64,000 bases of DNA from a bacterium (GTDB lineage Bacteria; Patescibacteriota; Minisyncoccia; Phycocordibacterales; UBA6899): the NCBI GenBank assembly GCA_043736515.1, contig JAYTCK010000013.1, forward strand, positions 12,214 through 76,213. The letters are read 5' to 3'. The notes under the pieces were generated by a model. That model searched no databases, had not been told where the DNA came from, and worked only from the letters and a program-made list of their open reading frames with translations. The first letter of the stretch is position 1, and every line of letters begins with the position of its first letter. Shown in pieces: positions 10,082 through 17,913 of this stretch. A program made the position numbers and the translations under genes.

Positions 10082-10597
10082 TTATCGTGTATTACCCAGC
10101 AGCAGCGTTGTCGTAAAAGTTTCAGAAAACTGGAAAGGACGCCACACCCCCGTTGTGCTCGCCGAAAGCAACAACGTCACACGCACCCCAGTCGACGTGC
10201 TCATTGTCCCAACTGAGGAAAAAACGATATCGTCAACACGCACAAGAGGGGGTGTTATAGCAACGGAAGGGCTCGTTCCCAATGTGCGAAAAAGCGTTCC
10301 ATTTACCAGCGTAATCCTCCCTGCCCCGACACTGGGACTCAGTGTCTCAAGTGCCGATGACGTTGCAGAGACTCCCGGGGTGGTAATCGCATTGCTTACA
10401 TTTACAAGCTCTGACAATGTGCCGAATACTTTTGTTGCAGTAGCGAATACATCTCCAATTGCTCTCCCTTTTGTCTTTGCGTCCATGACACTCATACTCA
10501 CGGAGCCAACCCCAATAAGAAGCACAACAACAATGGCAATATAGAGAATCATCTCGATCAATGTCGTGCCTCGGCTTTTGTTTATAGAGACTCTCAT
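10082..10597 (-). CDS. Minor pilin (PilW-like)
   Basis: RG/TTLIEMILYIAI prepilin motif. Confidence 0.8.
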   Translation of the reverse strand: MRVSINKSRGTTLIEMILYIAIVVVLLIGVGSVSMSVMDAKTKGRAIGDVFATATKVFGTLSELVNVSNAITTPGVSATSSALETLSPSVGAGRITLVNGTLFRTLGTSPSVAITPPLVRVDDIVFSSVGTMSTSTGVRVTLLLSASTTGVWRPFQFSETFTTTLLLGNTR

Positions 10598-10600
10598 GAG

Positions 10601-13402
10601 TTAATTATACGTTATTGAAACATCTGTTAGTGCAGGTGTCGTTATTCCATCTCCCACAAGTTTCGCGCGGTACTGTATCCACTCAAGACCATCAGCAAGT
10701 GGGTCCGGTGTGATGATGCTTCCTGAAACAGGAAATGTCCCTCCTCGGATACCGCCCGATCCAACCCACGCAGCGTTTATAAGTCCAGCTTCTGTGGCAG
10801 AAGTACGCACCTGTACTGTTGTTGTTCCTGTTCCTGATTGAGTCCAATCAATACTGCCCCACACAACTCCCGTACTCCCCACATCAAATGCAGATGACGT
10901 GAGCCACCCCTCCCGAGCAAATAATGAAGAAACTGCAGATGGTGCCACAATAGCAAATTCCCGATTATTATCCGCGGAGGAAAGATACGCATAAACCCCA
11001 TCCGTAGCAACACCACTTACAACACCCCCAAATAGGAGCGTCCCGATTCGCTGTGGTACTCCCGGATTTATTGTGTTGAGAATAGTGAAGCCTGCTCCTG
11101 ACTGGTTGTTTCCGACAAACACAAGACTGCCCAATGCGCGAACGGAATTATTGTCTGCACCAAGATCCAAGGAACTCGTGAATGTAATTGCGCCGGAAAG
11201 CACATTGAACGCAAAGAGGAAAAGATCACTAGCGGCCCCATTGTTTTGGGTCCCCAGTACAACATGAGTATTGTTTACATAAGTAATACTGAGTGCATCT
11301 GTGGTGCCGGTTGTGTTATACGATTGCACTTCAGTGAGAATCCCCGGTATGTTCCTATTGAGTATCATCAACTCCTTTGCATCATTCGCTGTCGCAACAC
11401 CAATGTATCCTCCGCGAAGAAACACAAGGCCGTTTACATTTGCACCCACTTCAAATGCAGCCGAAAGCGTCGGCAGAGAGGGGTTTGCTACATCAAGGAG
11501 GTGCACTTCGCGACCACCTCCCGCCGTATTATTCCTCGTACCAAGAGCGAGTGTGGTGCCCGACACCGCAACGGTCGCTCCATCAAGACTCCCGAGACTA
11601 TTATACACACCGACTATTGTGGGATTATTGGGATCAGCAATATTCACCACAATAAGTTCGCGATTGTTGTCGCTCGTTGCCAAGTAAGCATAGGGACCGG
11701 AAACCGCAATCGCGTTTACGTCGGCACCAATTTCTAATGAACGAATAAATTGGGGGAGTGCGGGGTCAATTATATTAATGACCGAAAACTCTGCGCTACT
11801 TCCGCTCACAAGTGTTCCCACGTATGCATAATTTCCGCTTACTGCCATTCCTACTCCGTCGGCAGCACTAGTCAAATTCACACTGCTTCGCAGGAGTGGT
11901 ACCTCCCATTCACCACTCCCTCCTTTGAGGACGACAAGTTCCGGATTGTTATTGGCAAGACCGACATATATATACGGTCCAATCGGTAGTAGGGTGTTTG
12001 CCCCTGCACCTTGTGTGACATCGTATATAGCGGGGGCGAGGAAGGATGGGAGAGCAAACGCAATAACCTCACTATTTCCTAGCGGAGTTGCAGCATACAG
12101 ACGAGCATCAGAACCAAGTGCAAGTTTGTGAACCGCCACTGATACATCTGCACCATCGCTTATCGCGAGTACCCCGAGAGGATTTGCTACATCCACACGC
12201 ACAACCTCCTGTGCTGTGGATTGGTTTCGTGCGATGTAGAGCTCAGTCCCACCTAGCACAAAGGACCTCACATCTGCACCGCCAGGGAGATCGAGCGAAT
12301 TTGCTGTGCCAAAATCACTTGTACGCACAACCAAAAGTTCAATTGCATCCGAGGTTCCCATAAATAGGTATGGTTCATAAAGTGCAAGTGCATTCACTCT
12401 TCCCGGATAATTTGCGGTACGCACAGTCGGAACTCCTCCTGTGGGATTTGCAATGTTGAATTCGTACAATTCAAAACTTGTTGAATTGGCACGGCCGAGA
12501 TAGAGCGTTGTTCCTGTTGCAACAAGCGAGAGCGCGTCGGCTCCACCAGCAAGGTTGAGTGCTTGTACCTCTCCCAGGTCGGAACGACGAAGCACGACAA
12601 GTTCGCGTGTATCACTGTCTGTTGCAAGGTAGATATAGTTTCCTGACACGAGAACGGCATTCACTGTCGCACCGATATCCACGCTTCCGAGCACTGAAAG
12701 CGTGCCCCGTCCGGCATCAGCGAGGTCGAGGGCCGTAAACGGTTTAGTAGAAGCGGCAGAGGATGCAAGATACAGAACACCATCTGCTTCTGCCATTGCC
12801 GAAAGTGTTCCGATATCCGGCATATCATAAGTAAGAAACTCGCTGGGTTTTACCCAATCACCGCGGGGAGAGAGGAGTACTGCACCATCGCCATCGTTAC
12901 CCACCCTCACACCATTTAATTTTCCTCCTTCAAAATCTGCGACGGTGGTATGCGTCCACCGCGAGCCGTACAGTTGGTGGAGAAATGTTTGCGTTTCAAC
13001 TTTTCCCACTGTCCCAATTCGCGAGGGCCACTCGACCGTCACCCGGGCGAGCAATTTTCCAATGCCGGACGAAGAAATGGTAACGGTGCGTGTGAACTTG
13101 TCCGTAATATCCGGTGTGGGAGTAAGCTGCCAATTTGATCCCGAAAGTGCGAGACCATGAGTACCCGCGGTAAGCAGTGAGTAGTTTTCCGATCTTATGC
13201 TCCGTAGTGCGCCAATACTTTCCTGTGCGACAAGTGTGGCACGAAAGCGCTCCACCGCATCACTCGTCATAAGCATTCCTGAAAGACCGATGGTGCCGAG
13301 TGACGCAACGAAGAGCGTAAAGATTGCAATCGCAAGGAGTACCTCAACGAGGCTTATTCCACGATTGTAATGTTTCTTTAATTTATCAGTAGTCAGTATC
13401 AT
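10601..13402 (-). CDS. Very large minor pilin/adhesin with LVIVD-type beta-propeller repeats
   Basis: RG/ISLVEVLLAIAIF N-terminus; repeated VAVSGxYAYLA...ELIVVNIADP units. Confidence 0.8.
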   Translation of the reverse strand: MILTTDKLKKHYNRGISLVEVLLAIAIFTLFVASLGTIGLSGMLMTSDAVERFRATLVAQESIGALRSIRSENYSLLTAGTHGLALSGSNWQLTPTPDITDKFTRTVTISSSGIGKLLARVTVEWPSRIGTVGKVETQTFLHQLYGSRWTHTTVADFEGGKLNGVRVGNDGDGAVLLSPRGDWVKPSEFLTYDMPDIGTLSAMAEADGVLYLASSAASTKPFTALDLADAGRGTLSVLGSVDIGATVNAVLVSGNYIYLATDSDTRELVVLRRSDLGEVQALNLAGGADALSLVATGTTLYLGRANSTSFELYEFNIANPTGGVPTVRTANYPGRVNALALYEPYLFMGTSDAIELLVVRTSDFGTANSLDLPGGADVRSFVLGGTELYIARNQSTAQEVVRVDVANPLGVLAISDGADVSVAVHKLALGSDARLYAATPLGNSEVIAFALPSFLAPAIYDVTQGAGANTLLPIGPYIYVGLANNNPELVVLKGGSGEWEVPLLRSSVNLTSAADGVGMAVSGNYAYVGTLVSGSSAEFSVINIIDPALPQFIRSLEIGADVNAIAVSGPYAYLATSDNNRELIVVNIADPNNPTIVGVYNSLGSLDGATVAVSGTTLALGTRNNTAGGGREVHLLDVANPSLPTLSAAFEVGANVNGLVFLRGGYIGVATANDAKELMILNRNIPGILTEVQSYNTTGTTDALSITYVNNTHVVLGTQNNGAASDLFLFAFNVLSGAITFTSSLDLGADNNSVRALGSLVFVGNNQSGAGFTILNTINPGVPQRIGTLLFGGVVSGVATDGVYAYLSSADNNREFAIVAPSAVSSLFAREGWLTSSAFDVGSTGVVWGSIDWTQSGTGTTTVQVRTSATEAGLINAAWVGSGGIRGGTFPVSGSIITPDPLADGLEWIQYRAKLVGDGITTPALTDVSITYN

Positions 13403-13408
13403 TGAATA

Positions 13409-13858
13409 TCAATTTTGCGTAATTATTCCAGCGTCATTAACCTGGATTTTATGAGTTCTTTCATAGAGCATAATGGTAATCGTTCCTGTCGCAGTAGGTA
13501 TTCCTGATACTCGAGCAAAAATAATTTCGTCTTCCTCGCTATTAATATTTGTGCCCGCGGGAAGTGGGAACATCTCGTCACGTGAAACAAGACGCGTACT
13601 ATGGGTATCACCCTGAAAAAGCACATAGCTCGTCGGTAAGAGTTTCACTCCATGTGCACTCCCCTCCATTCCCAATCGAGCCCTTGATTCTGCGTTGCGA
13701 AGCGCACTCAATATGCCAGTTGTGGTTTCATCGGCAACTTGAAACTGATAGAAACGAAATCCTACAGGAAGAGCGAGCGCAAGCAATGCCGTGCCCAGGG
13801 AAAGTACGAGAAGTATTTCGATTATTGAAAAGCCTTTTTGGGGTGATTGTAACCGCAT
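13409..13858 (-). CDS. Minor pilin (FimT/GspH-like)
   Basis: KG/FSIIEILLVL prepilin motif. Confidence 0.8.
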   Translation of the reverse strand: MRLQSPQKGFSIIEILLVLSLGTALLALALPVGFRFYQFQVADETTTGILSALRNAESRARLGMEGSAHGVKLLPTSYVLFQGDTHSTRLVSRDEMFPLPAGTNINSEEDEIIFARVSGIPTATGTITIMLYERTHKIQVNDAGIITQN

Positions 13859-13902
13859 AACTTAAACTAAACCAAATAAGATTGTCCTATTGTCTCCTTG
13901 CG

Positions 13903-14946
13903 TTATCTTCCTGCACTCGATGTAAACTGGTAGATCGGCATAATGATTGCGATTGCAATAAAGGCGACCATAACACCCATGACAAGGAGAAGTACCGGCT
14001 CAATAACCGTAGGTAAGCGCTTCGTCATGGTATACACCTCTTTGCGATAGTATTCGGTAAGATACCCAAAGGTTTCGTCGAGCGTACCGCTTTTTTCTCC
14101 GACTGCAAGAATGCTCGTGAAGTCGCGCGGAAAAAGCTTGGGGTATCCTTTAAGTGCGGAGGCGAGGGTGGTCCCTCGTTGCACTTGCTTGCTGACGTCA
14201 ACGATGGCCTCCCTGTAGCGCAAGTTTGTTGCACCTTCTGCCGTTACATCGAGAATTTCATAGATTGAAAGCCCACCGTGAAAAAGCGTGGTGAAGAGTT
14301 GTCCTACAAGCGTCAGCTGATACTCACGGAGCATGCGTCCAACAAAAGGAATTCGGAGATACATACCGTGAAGCACACGCCGTACTGGAAGCAAACGATT
14401 CAGAAAAATAACAAGTACGGCAATGGCAGCGCAGAGTAGTGCGATGATAAACCATGACTCTTGAATCGTATTGGTGATCCAGAGGAGAATGCGTGTCGGA
14501 AGTGGGAGCTCCCCTTTCATTTGAGAAAAAACGGGAAGCAGTCGCGGGAGCACTAAAAGCGAGAGTCCACTCGATACTCCAATGGTCGCGACGAATACGA
14601 TGGCGGGGTAGAGCATTGCACCATGTACTTCCCTTTTAATGTCCGCATTGTGCTCAAGCCAATCAGCCAAAAAATTGAGGTTCTCATCAAGTGTTCCCGA
14701 GGCCTCACCTGCTTTAACTACCGAAATCATGACGTCTCCAAATACTCGGCGATGCTTTGCGAGCGCGTCAGTAAGTGTGACGCCAGACTCAACGTCATTT
14801 TTCATTTTGAGCAAAATCTTGGAAAGCCGTGGCGTGGCGGTGCTGGAAAGCTCCTCGAGAGACTCGTTGATCGTCATTCCACTCTTCAGCATGAGTGAAA
14901 GATTTTTAGAAAAGTGCACCAATTCTGCGGTTCCTATGCCGAACAT
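13903..14946 (-). CDS. pilC: Type IV pilus platform protein PilC (GspF family); start reassigned to ATG 14946
   Basis: LSLMLKSG, AGEASGTLDE, AMLYP, VGEKSGTLDE, EPVLLL...IIMPIY. Confidence 0.9.
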   Translation of the reverse strand: MFGIGTAELVHFSKNLSLMLKSGMTINESLEELSSTATPRLSKILLKMKNDVESGVTLTDALAKHRRVFGDVMISVVKAGEASGTLDENLNFLADWLEHNADIKREVHGAMLYPAIVFVATIGVSSGLSLLVLPRLLPVFSQMKGELPLPTRILLWITNTIQESWFIIALLCAAIAVLVIFLNRLLPVRRVLHGMYLRIPFVGRMLREYQLTLVGQLFTTLFHGGLSIYEILDVTAEGATNLRYREAIVDVSKQVQRGTTLASALKGYPKLFPRDFTSILAVGEKSGTLDETFGYLTEYYRKEVYTMTKRLPTVIEPVLLLVMGVMVAFIAIAIIMPIYQFTSSAGR

Positions 14947-15101
14947 ATCTCTATAGTATACAGCATCCTGAATAAAGCATGGAACATAAAAAGTTCCAAA
15001 ATAAGCTGCCGGAAAAATCGTGGGGGGCACCATGCTCCTAATAAGAGAAACCGCTGAGCGTCTGTTGCCCACGTCTACTGCTAACCGTGCTGCGTACGAG
15101 C

Positions 15102-16097
15102 TTAAAACTCCCAAAAAGAAAGAATCTGCTGCTTTAAGCCATGAGCATTCCCATGACTCAAGAGTCCAAGATAGGAATTGATTGTTTCTGCCTTGCCTTT
15201 TTTTGCTCTGATCCCCCGAAGCATTCTTTTCTTCGTCGCTGTTCGCAGTACACGATGATCGGGAAAATGCACCCACCCAAGAAAGTCCACGCCGGATGCG
15301 AATGCCCGAAGCGACACCTTGTTGGGATGAAGTTCCAATTTCAACATTTCCCCCAAAAACTCTTCAATGCGTGGTAGCAGAGTTTCAAGCAGACTTTTGT
15401 CTTCCGAAAAAAAGACAAAATCATCCGCATAACGAATATAATATTTTGCTTTGAGTGTATGCTTTACAAATTGATCAAATTCGTTCATGTAGATATTCAC
15501 CAAGAGTTGGGAGGTCAGATTACCGAGTGGAAGACCCTTCCCGGGTGCGGTGCTCTCAAAGCTTTCAATCACACGCAGAAGCAACCAAAGAATATCTTGG
15601 TTCGTAATATATTTTTTAAAAATACTCATCAATATCTCCTGATCAATCGAAGCAAAAAATTTGCGAATATCACACTTCAGCACCCAGCATGTCCGTGTGT
15701 GATTCTGAGAGACTTTGTATCCAAGAGCACGGAACCGATCAATTGCTCTGTGTGTCCCCTTTCCTTCACGACAGGAATACGAGTCTGCGATAAACATGCG
15801 ATCAAAGTAGGGATAGAGAATGCGGTAGATGGCATGATGTAGCAATCGGTCGCGCACTGAAGCTTTGTGGATATTGCGCGGTTTGGGGTCGGAGATATTG
15901 AAGGCGTAATATTCACCATGGCGATAGGTCTTCCCTTTCAGATCGGCATGCAAACAAAAAACGTGGTCTGACAATTGATACTGAAATTCCTGCACATCAC
16001 TCTTTTTTCTCTTTCCCTTTAAGAATCCTCTCCACGCCGCGAGCAAATTTTCCACAGAAATGATATCCTCATATGTATGAATGAACTGAATACCCAT
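15102..16097 (-). CDS. DGR reverse transcriptase (likely start ATG 16097, MGIQFIH; the ORF extends to 16133)
   Basis: KCDIRKFFASID, GLPLGNLTSQ (DGR-type motif), YIRYADDF, GVDFLGW; no maturase or endonuclease tail. Confidence 0.95.
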   Translation of the reverse strand: MGIQFIHTYEDIISVENLLAAWRGFLKGKRKKSDVQEFQYQLSDHVFCLHADLKGKTYRHGEYYAFNISDPKPRNIHKASVRDRLLHHAIYRILYPYFDRMFIADSYSCREGKGTHRAIDRFRALGYKVSQNHTRTCWVLKCDIRKFFASIDQEILMSIFKKYITNQDILWLLLRVIESFESTAPGKGLPLGNLTSQLLVNIYMNEFDQFVKHTLKAKYYIRYADDFVFFSEDKSLLETLLPRIEEFLGEMLKLELHPNKVSLRAFASGVDFLGWVHFPDHRVLRTATKKRMLRGIRAKKGKAETINSYLGLLSHGNAHGLKQQILSFWEF

Positions 16098-16508
16098 ACA
16101 CCAAAGGTTACCCCCCCCCCGAGCATTTTGCAACCCAAACTCATCCCAGTTGTTTTGAAATTAAAAGACACTTACGGAGTGTGGCAAAACTATCTCAACC
16201 ACTTTCCCAAGGCCAATCGTTTTACCCTTGGATCAAAAATTGACGACGTATTTCTTGGAGCAATTGAGTATTGCTTTCTAGCAAGTTACGCATCCGCCGG
16301 TGACAAACTCATATTTATCGACAAAGCGATATCGCGGGTCGATCTCATAAAATTGCTTTTGCAACTCGCGTGGGATATTCAGGCGCTTGATACGAAAAAA
16401 TATGTTCACCTATCGGAATATTTAGCGGAGAGCGGAAAGATGCTGGGTGGATGGCGACGACAAATTGCAAACAAAACTCCCGAGACTATTGCTCGGGAGA
16501 AATTATAA
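16077..16508 (+). CDS. avd: Avd accessory variability determinant (four-helix bundle)
   Basis: FPKANRFTLGSKI...LLQLAWD...KY..LSEYLAESGKMLGGW; lies between TR and RT. Confidence 0.9.
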   Translation: MNELNTHTPKVTPPPSILQPKLIPVVLKLKDTYGVWQNYLNHFPKANRFTLGSKIDDVFLGAIEYCFLASYASAGDKLIFIDKAISRVDLIKLLLQLAWDIQALDTKKYVHLSEYLAESGKMLGGWRRQIANKTPETIAREKL

Positions 16509-16513
16509 GAGTA

Positions 16514-16642
16514 GCGAACCCCAAGGAAACGGTAGTTGCCATTCCAGTCATCGTTCCGCCAGTTGAGGTTGAGGTTGCGCTTCGAGCCATTCCTGTACAG
16601 ATACGGTACGTTCCGATTGCCGTTCACCTTCGCGACCGAACC
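16514..16642 (-). ncRNA. DGR template repeat (TR)
   Basis: AAC-rich copy of the target's 3' end (reads VNGNRNVPYLYRNGSKRNLNLNWRNDDWNGNYRFLGVR). Confidence 0.95.
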
Positions 16643-16896
16643 CTGTGCAGTAGGTCATCCTCACCACCACCCCTTGAACTTTCACAGACGGCGCCATCCG
16701 CGAATACATTCTCGAGATTGTATCGTATTTGTGATCTTTTTATCACCAATCCTACTGCGCCAACTTTTTCAATTTTTTAACAATCTTATGCAACTCTCCC
16801 TGCAATCGTAACCGCAAGAATTCTCGGCATAAGCGTTGCGGACAAATTATTCACAGCCGTAACCGTGAATTTTTCATTTATCATGATTACTATATC

Positions 16897-16926
16897 AAAA
16901 AAAGTCCCGCACGAAACGTGCGGGAC
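16897..16926 (-). terminator. GC-rich hairpin plus U-tract downstream of VR (terminator and/or DGR cis-acting homing hairpin)
   Basis: gtcccgcacg-aaa-cgtgcgggac (16904-16926), followed by a T-run on the minus strand. Confidence 0.8.
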
Positions 16927-16974
16927 AAGGGTCCAAGGTACAAAGGGTCAAAGTGCGGACCCAAGGAGCGAGAG

Positions 16975-17571
16975 TCAGAGTGCGGAGTTGCGAACCCCAA
17001 GGAAACGGTAGTCGCCAAACCAGTCAGCGTCCCGCCAGCCGAGGCTGAGGTCGCGCTCCGAGCCATCCCTGCACAGATACGGTACGTCCCGACTGCCGTC
17101 CACCTTCGCGACCGAACCGAGAGCAACGATCGGGAACTTACGTTGCTCTTCGGGGTTTGCAGCGGCGGAGGCGAGCAAGTGTTCGATCTTCCCGGGTTGA
17201 TAGCCCTCGGCGATAATCAGGCGTTCGGCTTCGTCCGCTGAGACGACACGATCGAAGTGGAAAAGCTTGCGCTCGACCACCACGATACCAGAGCCGACGA
17301 CGGAAAAGCGTTTGGTGGTGATGTCGCTGTTGGTCCAGTCGTAGCGTCCGGCGGCGATCATTTGTTCGAGGGTGAGGGCGTAGTTGATGGCGAGGCGGGT
17401 GCCGCCACTCACTTCTTGTGGCGGATTGAGTCCCGCAAGGAACTTCTTCACATGCGTGAGGATATTCCCCTCCGAGAGACTCTTGACGTCGGCCGGAGTC
17501 CAGCCGTTACGCTCGAGTGCGTGATCAAGCTCCGCTGCTTGACGGGAAGACATAACAAACTTGTCGCTCAT
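16975..17571 (-). CDS. DGR target protein with a C-terminal variable region (probable C-type-lectin-like fold)
   Basis: Its 3' end matches the TR; ends YRFLGVRNSAL; no signal peptide. Confidence 0.92.
   Translation of the reverse strand: MSDKFVMSSRQAAELDHALERNGWTPADVKSLSEGNILTHVKKFLAGLNPPQEVSGGTRLAINYALTLEQMIAAGRYDWTNSDITTKRFSVVGSGIVVVERKLFHFDRVVSADEAERLIIAEGYQPGKIEHLLASAAANPEEQRKFPIVALGSVAKVDGSRDVPYLCRDGSERDLSLGWRDADWFGDYRFLGVRNSAL
16990..17118 (-). repeat. DGR variable repeat (VR)
   Basis: 129 bp ungapped against TR, 15 mismatches, all at TR adenines (12 A>G, 2 A>T, 1 A>C). Confidence 0.95.
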
Positions 17572-17847
17572 GACATGTTCCTTTCAAAAGTGACTTGTTT
17601 CAAAAACCTGTCACACGCCATTGGGCTCCCGAATATCGGGTTTGCCATAGCCAGAAAATGCTTATTTTTAAGTACCTTATGGCTATGGCAAACTTGGTTC
17701 AACTATCAGGCAATCTCAAAAAATTCTGCTTAGAGTATACACCCAAAACCTAAAACTGTCAAGTTCGGAAAGAGTTACGTTGGTGTGTATGTTAAAAAAT
17801 AATATTTGCTTAGAAGCACAAACTCCAACGCTCACTCTTAGAAGCGA

Positions 17848-17910
17848 GTCCAGCTCCACTTTTGATTGGCCGCAGGCTTCTACAGACCAAAAGTGGGGCT
17901 GGGCGAGCGG
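17848..17910. repeat. Palindromic repeat family B, copy 1
   Basis: ccagctccacttttg...caaaagtggggctgggcgagcgg; similar to 21293-21344. Confidence 0.65.
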
Positions 17911-17913
17911 ACG

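Larger units (their letters stand above)
15102..17571 (-). mobile_element. Diversity-generating retroelement (target/VR - hairpin - TR - avd on the opposite strand - RT)
   Basis: DGR-type RT, Avd, and a 129-bp TR/VR pair differing only at TR adenines. Confidence 0.97.

Noticed and set aside
6946-13858. Additional VRs in pilin genes
   Set aside because: No TR-like sequence was found by eye at pilin 3' ends. A computational search is still needed to exclude it.
14947-15276. N-terminal extension of the pilC ORF in the track
   Set aside because: It overlaps the RT 3' end and is not PilC-like; ATG 14946 is the plausible start.
15102-16133. RT as a group II intron or retron
   Set aside because: No maturase domain, intron domain V or retron VTG motif was seen. 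The TR/VR pair and avd identify a DGR.
16406-17241. ORFs 16406-16627, 16451-16780, 16890-17126 and 16918-17241
   Set aside because: These are shadow frames of TR/VR; the TR reading frame is a by-product of its template role.
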